DNA of 64,000 nt from Octopus sinensis (taxonomy: Eukaryota): positions 93,930,001 to 93,994,000 of the forward strand of contig NC_043006.1 in the NCBI RefSeq assembly GCF_006345805.1. The letters run 5' to 3'. The translations under genes were made by a program, and so were the position numbers. This document shows, piece by piece, positions 37,360 to 50,405 of this stretch. The number at the start of each line of letters is the position of its first letter. Positions within the stretch are counted from its first letter, which is position 1. The notes below the pieces were generated by a model that worked only from the letters and a program-made list of their open reading frames with translations, had not been told where the DNA came from and did not search any database.

Positions 37360-37994
37360 GGACACAGAAAACAAGGAGAGAGAGAAATGTGTGTAGTGGC
37401 TAACGATCTATCATGGCGTATATATATATATATACGCACACACCTACCCACAGAGACACACAAGGGATATTATTCAAAGAAACAAATTATATTAAATGAA
37501 AAAAAAGCCCAAGGTGTGTATTGATCTCCCAAGCTTCAGCACAGAATACAATACCAGAGTGCCTTCAATTTATACGTACATTTATATATTCTTAACCTGT
37601 TCTCAAAACCTTTCAATTTGTTTAACATTAATAACACTATTTAAAAAGAGGCTATACATATGAGAACGCATCTAGCGGTGCCGCTTGTTTATATGTTTTT
37701 AACATATTTATATCGGAGGAGAGATATATTATCTTACCAACTCTCTGAGATGAAGCAAAATATTAATAAATATATTTATTTATGTTTTTGTAATTTCTGT
37801 TTGGTGTTATCTGTCAATTTTTCTATCTACAAATGTGTAGAATCGTATATTTGTCTATCTGTATATTTATGTATGTATCGATAAATCAATATAATTATGT
37901 TTATTAATTCGTTTTGCAAGATTCCTGATATGAAATCGTGTGTTGAAACATATATTGTTGTATTTTGGGATGTTATTTTTTTTTCCAAGTACAT

Positions 37995-38037
37995 CCTTGT
38001 GAGTGGATTTGGTAGACGGAAACTGAAAGCCCGTCGA

Positions 38038-38094
<57 letters not shown>

Positions 38095-38312
38095 CGTGTG
38101 TGTGTGGCAGGGGGGAGTTTTTGTATATGTTTGTGTGTCTGTGTTTGTCTCCCCAATATCGCTTGACAAACGTCACCGTCACTTAGCGGTTCGGCAAAAG
38201 AGACCGATAGAATAAGTACTAGGCTTACAAAAATGATTCCTGGGGTTGATTTGTTCGACTAAAGGCGGTGAACCAGCATGGCCGGAGTCACATGACTGAA
38301 ACAATTAAAAGA
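37995..38312 (+). mobile_element. SINE family 1, 5'-truncated
   Basis: ccttgtgagtggatttggtagacgg...aaggcggtgaaccagcatggcc. Confidence 0.8.
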
Positions 38313-38399
38313 ATACAGTGCATCACCACCAGTGAAACCTAATTGCTGGAAACTGTTTTACTCTCGGTGTGAAAAGTTTTGTTATACTTAAACAAGGCT

Positions 38400-38720
38400 A
38401 GTGTGAAGTTCTGAAGCATCAGCACATGCGCATTCAACACCTGCCGAATCGGTTGTATACAAAACAGAAGTTACCTCTGCAAAACTAAACCAATTAACAG
38501 AGTGTAAAAAATACATAGGAATGATAGAAGGCAGGTTCAAATAACCCTACATCAACACACATCATCCTACAGACGTGTTGAGAATAAGAACGCTACAACC
38601 ATGTCCCACGATATACCTTAAGAAACAGCACCAATTTTGACAGTCCCTGAAGTGAAATACACATAATATAAACAGCACAAAAGCGTGTAAACTCTGTGTT
38701 GATGAAAAATTCCTTGACAC
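38400..38720 (+). pseudogene. Penelope-like element GIY-YIG endonuclease remnant
   Basis: SVVYKTEVTS...KKYIGMIEGRFK* followed by ACKLCVDEKFL, matching the PLE VVYKA..YIG.T..FK..C.LC.EK pattern. Confidence 0.75.
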
Positions 38721-38948
38721 TGGATTTAAATTCTTAAAAAATGTCAGCACGTTGATAAATACTGATTGAAATTTTTCAAATTAACATGACAACCGTATTA
38801 AACTATATCGAGCTACCAAACACTCAGTGTTTCTCTATCTCTTTCTCCAGGCAATATTTACATTGCAAGTCCACATCTCAGGAATGCTCGTTTTTGCTTA
38901 ACTCCTCAAATCTTGACAATCTATCGACAATCTTGATGTTTAGGCTTC

Positions 38949-38997
<49 letters not shown>

Positions 38998-39849
38998 AAG
39001 AGCAAATATATTTTATCCTACACGTGTTTCAGTCATTGGACTGTGGTTATACTGGGACAGTGCCTTGAAGGATTTAGTCAATCAATTTGACTCCAGTACT
39101 TTTGCTTTTTCAAAGTCTGGTACTTATTCTTTCGGTCTCTTTAGGCAGACTGCTAATCTACGTGGGCATAAACAAGCCAACACTGTTTTCAAGCGGAGGG
39201 GCACAAGCACAAATACACACACATACTGCGTGGCAAGTGTCTCCTACTATAGCCTGGGGCCGACCAAAGCCTTGTGAGTGGATTTGGTAGACAGAAACTG
39301 AACGAAGCCCATCGTATATATATATATATGAGAAATATAAAAATATACAAGGTGTAAAGATGCTGAAAATTCAGTATACAGCATGTGGGAAAATTATGAG
39401 TTGAAAATATGTGGACATATAAAAAGTGGAAGAGAAATGCCGTCGTTTTATATAGTTTAATGTCTTTTTATAAATATATACATAATATATGGATGTCGTG
39501 AAATCCAGCCAGTTTTCGCTATTTAAATTAGCTTTTCAAGGGACATTGTACAGCAATCAGTTCTCATGACAGAGGGGTTTCATCATTTTGGATGTTTGAA
39601 GAATAAAAGGAATGAGTCTAGAGAGTGAACCAAGGGAAGTAACAAGTGGCAGGGGGGACAACCGGCTCCTTAGTATAATTTTTTAAATGGTCAAATTTAT
39701 ATATTTAGGAGTGGTCTGTACGTTTGTATGAACATGTTTTCCTTGTTTAGGCGTCCTTGTACTGAGATTGAATCTTTGCATTGGTATAAAGGGAAGATAT
39801 GAAGCCGAATTTTCATATCTTCCCATTATACCAATGCAAATTATACCAA

Positions 39850-40127
39850 TGTATGTATGTATGTATGTATGTATTCATGTATGTATGTATGTATGTATGT
39901 ATGTATGTATGTATGTATGTATGTATGTATTCATGTATGTATGTATGTATGTATGTATGTATGTATGCATGTATTCATGCATGTATGTATGTATGTATGT
40001 ATGTATGTATGTATGTATGCATGTATGCATGTATGCATGTATGCATGTATGCATGTATGCATGTATGCATGTATGCATGTATGCATGTATGCATGTATTC
40101 ATGTATGTATGTATGTATGTATGTATG

Positions 40128-40150
<23 letters not shown>
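39850..40150. repeat. Compound (TATG)n/(TATGCATG)n/(TATC)n microsatellite
   Basis: Direct reading. Confidence 0.97.
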
Positions 40151-40158
<8 letters not shown>

Positions 40159-40664
40159 GTAATTGTGTATGTATGTATGTGTACAGATTTGTATGTTTTG
40201 TTTTGTTTGTTTTATGTATGCACGGACGCGTGCGCGCACGCACACACAGAGACTCGCTTAGATGGGGGTGGGGGTGGAGCTGTTAAACATTTCAACTACA
40301 AGTTTGTTTATATGTTTCTTAATATCCAAGCAATGACCCACTCGTGTTATTTTCGCAACACCAATCCATAAAATGTATTTATGGAGAGAAAAATATTGAA
40401 AAACATCAATAAATGACAGAATGAGAAGAAAAAAATGAGGAAGGTGGTCGTGGGATGTGCTAGAAACAAAAACCAAATTTCCCTTAAATCACACACTTTT
40501 TCTTCTAAAAATATTTTCAATTTTTTTCTTATTTTTACACCGAAAAGGCTTCTCTTATGGCATTTTAAGCGCGTAGTGCAAAAAGAAAAAGGAAAAAAAA
40601 GGCCAAAATCGGTCCAGGGTGGGGGTTGGGGATGGGGGTGAGTTAAAAAATCATAAATTTTAAA

Positions 40665-41058
40665 GTGTGGCAAGTAGCTTGCTTACCAACCACATGGTTC
40701 CGGGGTCAGTCCCGCTGCATGGCACTTTCAGCAAATGCCTTCTACTATAGCCTCGGGCCGACCAAAGCCTTGTGATTGGATTTCGTAGACGGGAACTGAA
40801 GGATGCCTGTCGTATATATGTATATGTATATGTGTGTGTATATGTTTGTGTGTCTGTGTTTGTCCCCCCCAACATCTCTTCACAACTGGTGCTGGTATGT
40901 TTACGTCCCCGTAACCTAGCGGTTCGGCAAAAGAAACCGATAGAATAAGTACTTGGCTTACAAAGAATAAGTCCCGGGTTCGAGTTGGTCCATTAAAGGC
41001 GGTGCTCCAGCATGGCCGCAGTCAAATGACTGAAACAAGTAAAAGAGTAAAAGAGTAA
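40665..41058 (+). mobile_element. SINE family 1, near full length; further copies at ~39025-39315, ~44190-44640 and ~45710-45915
   Basis: Head, CORE and (GTAAAAGA)n tail. Confidence 0.85.
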
Positions 41059-41397
41059 ATGCACGCAACAATAATAACGTAGTTTTGAATTAAAAATTAA
41101 GCCAAGAAGGAGTTGCCTCCCCTAGCAATAGCCGAGAATGCTGTTAAAACGCGGGAACGAATAAACTCCTTTCTTTGTTTTCCTTTTAAATAAATTTGAA
41201 TTTTAAGGTTAATTGTTATTTTATGTTAAGAAGCCAACAACGCTCATACACTTCCGTACCTCGAGGGACATCACTGTGTTTTTTTAATTAAATAAAGCGT
41301 TTCGTTTCTTGAAGCCTCGGCTTCCGTTTATAACTGATAATAGAAATGCTAGTAGGTTATAGTTGCGGTGTGTGTGTGTGTGTGTGTGTTGTGTGTG

Positions 41398-41453
<56 letters not shown>

Positions 41454-41587
41454 TGTGTGTAAAAACCCTTAGAAGACTGGAAAAAATAGCCACCAATGTT
41501 CTACCGAGAATCGAACCCCCGCCATACACACACGTGTATATCTTGCTACCTCACAGTCAAATGACTAACAATATATCTTCCTTTCTT

Positions 41588-41808
41588 AGGGCGAAGAGCT
41601 GGCAGAAACGTTAGCACGCCGGGCGAAATACGTAGCCGTATTTCGTCTGCCGTTACGGTCTGAGTTCAAATTCCGCCGAGGTCGACTTTGCCTTTCATCG
41701 TTTTTAGGTCGATTACGCACTGGGGCCGATGTAATCGACTTAATCCGTTTGTTTGTCCTTGTTTGTCCCCTCTGTGTTTAGCCCCTTGTGAGTAGTAAAG
41801 AAATAGGT
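41588..41808 (+). mobile_element. SINE family 2, followed by a partial tandem copy to ~41920
   Basis: Head, B box, body and aaagaaataggt tail. Confidence 0.85.
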
Positions 41809-42890
41809 AATTTCGCCCGTCGCTTCGTTCCGAGTTCAAATTCCGCCGAATGAATTACGTACCAGTTGAGTAGTGGGTCGATGTAATCGACTTAACCCCT
41901 TTCCTCAAAGTTCAGGCCTTGTGCCTATAATAGAAAGGTTTATTAATCTCAAGTTAATCTTATTATTATTATTAATCTTAAGACAATTTTGCTTGTCCCC
42001 TTTTCAGTCTTCCCACCACCTCCATCACTTTATGAGTAACACTGCTCTAGTGTCTTCATTTATTATTTTCAATAATTATTGCTAAGGTTGTGATATTACA
42101 AAGACTGAAACATTTTTATCCTTTTTGATAGCAACCCGCCCAAAACCTCCTCTGGTTCTGTGGTGCAAACTTCATATTTAATGTTATCTAAATGGTTGTA
42201 TTTACCCGTGTATAAGTTGCGTTGTCTTATACTCTATTTTAAATGGTGAGGTGCCACTTATACCGTCGGGTAAGTTTAAAATATGAAGGGGAAAATATTC
42301 ATACCAAGATTTAACATTAAATTAGGCGTGTAGTTTATTCATAAGAAAATACAGTAAAACTGTCCGTCAAGATTTCTTGTTCTAAACAAAAGCTTAATTA
42401 CGAAAGAAGTACTTTACTAAATTTATCGTTATTTTCAAAATTAATTGGAATAGAGACAGGAATATGGTAACGCGAATTAAAGCATTTAAAGACAGCAATC
42501 CATCCTTACAAGCTAGAGCAGTAAATGAATTGCAATTGGAAATGGGAGAAGAAGGTTCCAGTCATGTTGGATCTTGAGGACTTACAGTCAACTATTGAGA
42601 CTGGCACTCCGTCGGTTTCGACGATGATCACTGTTGCTGTTGATCCGATTAACAGAACATCCTGCTCGTGAAATTAACGTGCAAGTGGCTGAATATTCCG
42701 CAGACACGCGTACCCTTAACGTAGTTCTGAGGGAGATTTAGCATGAGAGAATGTGACATGGGTGGCCCCTTTGAAATACAAGTAGAAGCTGAGTGGAGTG
42801 GGACAACGTGAAATAAGCTGAAGGATACAACACGCCGCTGGGAATGGAACAGTTGACGATGAAGAATTGTCAAATCTACATTACGTCGAC

Positions 42891-43244
42891 CATTGATTCT
42901 CAACCGGGGTCCAAATGGCCCTTGAGAGTTCATATAAGAGTTTCGGGGGTTCGCGTAATAAAATAATAAATTGGGGGGGGGGTCCACAATAATATTTTAA
43001 GGGCCCCTGAAAGTATTTTGTTTTAGATGTATGTATTGGTATGTATTGCAAGAAACAGCTGTGTTTCTTCCTTTAACATTTTACAAAGTTCAACCTACAC
43101 AAGATAATGGGTGAAAAGCAAAATAGGAATTTTGAAAGCAGTTTCTATAAAACTATATTTTAAACATCGAATGGCAATGGGGTTCACCAGAATGAAATCG
43201 TAATCAAAGGGGTCCATGGATAAAAAATGGTTGAGAAACCATCG
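42891..43244. mobile_element. hAT (Charlie-type) MITE
   Basis: Degenerate TIRs cattgattctcaacc / ggttgagaaaccatcg; no clear 8-bp TSD. Confidence 0.6.
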
Positions 43245-43537
43245 AATATAACAAAGTTCCTTTGGCTATAAAGGACGCCGAAATTGTGAGTTACTTCCCC
43301 TGACACTTAAACCTCTCCGCTGTACGCGTTGTGCCAAATTCTTTTTAATCTTATCCTTAGCTCTTAATTTTAAACCAATTTTAAAAGGTGTTTTTTTGGG
43401 GGTTTTTTCTCTCTTTTCATTTTAACATTTTTTGCTTTTTGCATTTTTTCCCCTCCTTGCTAAACTAAAACTATATACAAGTGCATTTTTAAATATGTTC
43501 AGTTTCCGAATAAGCAGGGCCCAACTGGTATCTCGTA

Positions 43538-43845
43538 CAATAATCCCTCACCATATCGCGGTTCACCTATCGCGGTTCACCTATCGCAGTTCACCTATCG
43601 CGGTTCCCTATCGCGGTTCACCTATCGCGGTTTACCTATCGCGGTTCACCTATCGCGGTTTATTATTTAAGCTTACGTTGATTCCTCCGTGCTGTTGCTT
43701 TGCATTTATAATAAAGTAAATATAAACAAAATATAAAAATAATAATAAAATAAACAGTACAGTACTGTTTCTATTTCGCGGATTTTCACCTATCGCGGGG
43801 AGCGAGGTATGGAACGTAACAACCGCGGTAATCGTGAGATTACCG
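43538..43845. mobile_element. pogo/Tigger-like MITE with an internal 14-bp tandem array
   Basis: TA-caataatccctcacc ... cgtgagattaccg-TA; about 8 units of gcggttcacctatc at ~43557-43660. Confidence 0.7.
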
Positions 43846-44360
43846 TACCTGTTCAATCAACTCAAAATTTTTCTTTTTCTCTTTGTTTTCTATTTTTAAT
43901 TACTGATTTCATTTTATTGACGAACCAGCTTCAGTTGATCAAACAAGCTGAGATGGAAAACTTTGAGTTTCTAATGAGTAACGAAAAGGGAATTTTCTTA
44001 AGCTCACAGCCATGCCTTGTTGGTAGGCACAGGTATGGCTGTGAGCTCATTTTGCAACCACGTGCCTTCAGGTTCAGTTCCACTTTGTGGTACCTTGGGT
44101 AAGTGTCTTCCACTATGGTCCAGGGGGTCACCAATACCTTGAAATGAATTTGCTTCCCAACCACATCGATCTGGGTTCAGCCCCACTCCGTGGCATCTTG
44201 GACACCTCGGGCCAACTAAAGCCTTGGGAATGGATTTTGCACACGGAAACTGAAAAAAAGTCTGTCGAGTATGTGTGTGTGTGAGAGAGAGAGAGAGAGA
44301 GTGTGTATGTGTGTGAGAGAGAGAGAGAGAGAGTGTGTATGTGTGTGAGAGAGAGAGTGA

Positions 44361-44407
<47 letters not shown>

Positions 44408-44941
44408 GGGGAGAGAGAGTGTGTGTGTGTGTGTCTTTGTGTATGTTGCCCGCTACTACTCGACAACCGGTGTTGGTGTGTTTACGTCCCTGTCACTTAG
44501 CAATTCAGCAAAAGTGACCGATAGAATAGGTACCAGATCTTTAAAAAATATGCACTGGGGTCGATTTGTTCGATTAAAAGTTCTTCAGGGCGGTGCCCCA
44601 GCATGGCCACAGTCTAATGATTGAAACAAGTAAAAGATAACCATTTATAATTTGCTTTCAGACAACAATAGCCACAGATCAATACAAGTTCAGAAGCAGA
44701 AGATAAATGCAGCGAAGTCAACATAAGGAAAATGAGCAATTGTCTCTTGCTTTAGTCTCGAAGCGACTAATGCCTCGTGTGTCGATTTGGTAGATGGAAA
44801 CTGTGTCGAAGACACTTGCTCAAGGTGCCACGCGGTGGGACTCGAACTGGAAACCACTGAGTTGAAGAATACGACAATTTCTTTTCCTTCATTCGGTTCG
44901 AACGATTGTAAAGATTCTTGAGAAAAGATAAAACTCTAATC

Positions 44942-45316
44942 CAGTAGAACCTCACAGTACGAGTGTTCCATTGTACGAGTAATTTGCTGTACGAGCCGAG
45001 ACTCGTGCGAATTTTTGTCTTGAAGTATAAGCGGAAATCCGCAGTACGAGCACACAAGTCTTTAAAAGTAATTCAGTTAATAAAAGCAGTTTACAGATTT
45101 TTGCATTCTCTTTTTTGTAATTGTCAGTTTTACTTCTAACTACACCTTTTCTGTTTTAAAACCATAAAATATTATTTTTGAGTGGTTTTGAGGGGCTGGA
45201 ACGGATTAATTATACTTTAAGTAATTTCAATGGAGAAAATTGATTTGTAAAACGAATAAATCCTAAGAGGAGTTTGGTCATGGAACGAATTAAACTCGTA
45301 CTGCGAAGTATCACTG
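44942..45316. mobile_element. pogo/Tigger-like MITE
   Basis: TIRs cagtagaacctcacagtacgagt / actcgtactgcgaagtatcactg. Confidence 0.7.
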
Positions 45317-45473
45317 TGTTAGAAATATCAAGTTTGCAAGTTAACTGCGCAAACAGAACTTGTCATGTGGTGTCTATGGTAAACAAAAACTAATTGCGAA
45401 CCAATGAGGAAGTATTTGGTTCAGAGGTTGCCAACCTGGGGTATCTTATTCCTACGTGTGTGTGTGTGTTTAT

Positions 45474-45704
45474 TATTTCTTCATTACCCACAAGGGGCTA
45501 AACATAGAGGGGACAAACAAGGACAGACATAGGTATTAAGTCGATTACATCGACCCCAGTGCATAACTGGTACTTAATTTATCGACCCCGAAAGGATGAA
45601 AGGCAAAGTCGACCTCGGCGGAATTTGAACTCACAACGTAACGCAGACGAAATACCGCTAAGCATTTCGCCCGGCGTGCTAACGTTTCTGCCAGCTCGCC
45701 GCCT
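45474..45704 (-). mobile_element. SINE family 2
   Basis: Reverse complement of the family consensus, full length. Confidence 0.85.
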
Positions 45705-46539
45705 CGTGCGTGTGTGTTTATGTTCGACTCCCCGCCAGTACTTGGTGCTGGTTTGTTTACATACCCCTAGCATAGCGGTTCGGCAAAAGACACCGATAGA
45801 ATAAGTATCATACTGGTAAAATACGCACTGGGATAGACTCGTTGGACTAAGCTCTTCAAGGCGGTGCCCCAGCATGGCCACAATCCAATGACGGAAGCAT
45901 GTAAAAGATAAAAGATAGAACTAAATTGGATTTCCAGAGACGCATTCAGTTCCAATTTGTCAAATTTCTTTTGGAGATTTTAGGTTTGGAATAAGCAAGA
46001 GAAAAGGTTGCATGTGGAGGAAGCACTACTGCGCCCCCTAATTCCATCTTCTGTACCATTTGATAAATTAAAAGGAAGGAGACAAATGCCAACCCGTGGA
46101 CATTACTGTCTCAAGTGCTACGACTCATACTTACTCCATAGAGTGCAGGTAACCGAGATCACATTCCCGCTGGACAGGACGCTAGTCTGTCACAGGGCAA
46201 CTCATTTTTTTATCAGCTGAGTGGACTGGAGCAACTTGAAATCAAGTGTTTTGCTCAAGAATATACACTTCACTGCTCGGTCCCTAAATCGAAACCACGA
46301 CCCTGCGAACGTCAGATCAATACTAACCAGTTGCCCATGCTCTTTGCCAACAACTAAATAACAACAGGAACAAGTACACAGCCAGTTAGAGAACCTCTGT
46401 GTGGTTAGTCAGCTTTGCTAGAAACAGCAGTGAAATCTCTGTAAAACAAAATCACTCCATATCGTCTCAAATATAGAGGAGGTGGGGAAATGCATTGAAT
46501 AATCTTTTCTACACAAGGTCCGAACTTGGGGGGGGGCGG

Positions 46540-46895
46540 TGCGCAGTCGATCAGATCGACTCCAGTGCGTAACTGGTACTTATTTAATCGACCCTGAAAG
46601 GATGAAAGGCAAAGTCGACCTCAGCGGAATTTGAACTCAGAACATAGCGGCAGACGAAATACCTATTTCTTTACTACTTACAAGGGGATAAACACAGAAG
46701 GGACAAACAAGGACAGACAAACGGTTTAAGTCGATTACATCGACTCCAGTGCGTAACTGGTTCTTAATTTATCGACTCCGAAAGGATGAAAGGCAAAGTC
46801 GACCTCGGCGGAATTTGAACTCAGAACATAGCGGCAGACGAAATACTGCTAAGCATTTCGCCCGGCGTGCTAACGTTTCTGTCAGTTCACCGCCT
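46540..46895 (-). mobile_element. SINE family 2 tandem dimer
   Basis: gaaaggatgaaaggcaaagtcgacctc occurs at ~46597 and ~46780. Confidence 0.85.
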
Positions 46896-47189
46896 CAAAT
46901 GCATTTGATAATGAACTAACCCAGTTGTCATAATGTTTCAAATAAAATCAAGGACAGTCGGAGACGATGTGGGTCTTGCACATAAACAACAGGCGTTTTA
47001 ACTGTTGTACTGAAATACGCATTTAATAAAACGAACCTTGAAACTCATCACGTTCACGGAATATAAGCAAAAACAAAACAACTGATAACGTACAGCAGGA
47101 AATAAACAGCATTTGGCAACTATACAGGGTAGATGAGAGAAAGAGAGGGAGAGAGGGAGCACTCAAGCAGGTAAGCAGGCAGGCAGACA

Positions 47190-47416
47190 GATAGACAATC
47201 AGGCACAACAGATAGATAGTGTGTGTGTGAGAGTCTTTGTGTGTGGTCGTTGAGGTGTTTTCATTTGAATGTAGCAATTTCAGTTGTGAAGAACGTCAAA
47301 GCTTCAGATGCCGAATGTTTTTGTTTGTTGGTGTGTCTGGCTCTCTATTTTTATCAAAATGGGATTGACGTGAATTTAAACAGGCTTCTAGTTTATGCGT
47401 GGCACACACACACACA

Positions 47417-47420
<4 letters not shown>
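47190..47420 (-). repeat. Inverted copy of the ~3490-3720 / ~52920-53160 segment
   Basis: gtcgttgaggtgttttcatttgaatgtagcaatttcagttgtgaagaacgtcaaagcttcagatgccg is the reverse complement of 3580-3650. Confidence 0.9.
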
Positions 47421-47447
<27 letters not shown>

Positions 47448-47478
47448 TCACACATGTATGTACGTATGTATATATATG

Positions 47479-47527
<49 letters not shown>

Positions 47528-47832
47528 TGTATGTATGTATGTATGTATGTGTATATATATATAATATATATACATATATTAAATAAAATACAAAATGGGA
47601 CAAGAACGCAAACCATCCAGACAGATGATACAAAGAAAACAAGGACGGGTCATTCGGAGTTTTCTTTCCTCAGTCGAGTTCCAGATTATCTTTGCAATTT
47701 CGACTAGTTATACTCGAGATTGCTCCAATCTGGCCTGTCCCAAGGAAAAACTTAGCTGAGAGCATTAGGTTCATTGGAAGAATACACACACACACACATA
47801 TATATATATATACATATATATGTATATATATG

Positions 47833-47907
<75 letters not shown>

Positions 47908-47935
47908 ACGTATATATATACATATACATATATAC

Positions 47936-48770
<835 letters not shown>

Positions 48771-48816
48771 TCTCTGCATACATACATATCTATATCTACA
48801 TATATATATATATATA

Positions 48817-49660
48817 CTAGCAGAATTGCCCGGCGTTGCTCGGGGCTGAATTGCTTGAAAGTACTGTTAATGATTGCACTGAATTATGATGATTATTCAG
48901 GCACATATTGATATAAGTTTACGGTGGGAGATAAGGACTTAACGATCAAACGTGTGCCATTGCATTGTTTTGGGGGAACCAAATTTCTGATGAACATTAT
49001 AGGGACACCAACTTTAAGTTTGAGAAAGTGTGGTGGTAGTCCGGGGTGCTCAAAGGAATTGAGTACCTCTATTGGATAGTTGATGACGTCCTCTGGGTCA
49101 GGAATTGTATCGATAGACTGATATACATAGACTTCCCCAGGAATGAGTTTTAGCATTTCATCATTAATATGGTGAACAGTTTTATTCCTCGGGGCCAGTA
49201 TAGCCTTTTTGCCAATCCAATCCATATTCTGATAATTAGCTTGTAGATCTGGGAACACTGCATCTCTGAGATCATAAGGCGTCTTAACAATGGTACAAAT
49301 GGAATCGATGGCAATATTACCATTTTCATCCCCTGGTATTTTGCCTTCGCCAAGTGCAAGGAGGGTGTGAGGAAATGCTGCTGATGTGATATTACGTCGC
49401 ATATGAGCACGCATATTGGTGTGAAGTTTGAGAGTTACTTCCCTTTATTAAAAAATATGCATTAAAATGGAAAAAATGATGGTAAATTATTTGTAAAATC
49501 ATAGACTCATCGTAGACGCGCGCTAATACCCAGAAAGGCTCGATATGAATCACGACTATAAGATACCCGGTTTTGGTTAAACTGCATCGCAGAATGTGGG
49601 AATAGTTAGGAATCTAAATTGGAGTAGACAGACACACAACCTTTCTTTTATATATAAATA
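48817..49660 (-). mobile_element. Internally deleted Helitron carrying a PIF1-helicase fragment
   Basis: 5' ~230 bp shared with the non-autonomous family; then LHTNMR...AILAPRN...PPHFLKLKVGVPIMFIRNL...CNGTRL (ORF 48893-49414); then the same hairpin and CTAG|T at 48817. Positions 1-231 are the 5' end of a duplicate. Confidence 0.9.
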
Positions 49661-50367
49661 TTTTCGTCCTAAAAAAATTTGTATGGATTGAATGGTTACC
49701 TCTATGGAAATATATACACGCACATATACATACATGTGTGTATAGATACATTTAAATATCTATATACACTTTTGGGCGATCTTTCTGTTTCTTAGAGATT
49801 ACTTTAGATCTTATTTTCGTCCTAAAAAACTTTGTGCAGAGTGAATGGTTACCTCTATGGAAATATATACACACACGTTATACATACATGTGTGCATAGA
49901 TGAATATATAAATACATTTATATATCTATATACACTTTTGGGCGATCTTTGTGCTACTTAGAGATAACTTTAGATCTTATTTTCGTCCTAAAAAACTTTG
50001 TATGGAGTGAAAGGTTACCTCTATGGAAATATATACACACACATTATACATACATCTGTGTATAGATGAATATATAAATACATTTAAATATCTATATACA
50101 CTTTTGGGCGATCTTTCTGCTACTTGTATATACTTTAGATCTTATATTCGTCCTAAAAAACTTTGTATGGAGTGAAAGGTTACCTCTATGGAAATATATA
50201 CACACACATTATACATACATCTGTGTATAGATGAATATATAAATACATTTAAATATCTATATACACTTTCGGGCGATCTTTCTGCTACTTGGATATACTT
50301 TAGATCTTATATTCGTCCTAAAAAACTTTCCTGTCACACACTCACGCACACGCACCCTCATACACAC

Positions 50368-50405
<38 letters not shown>

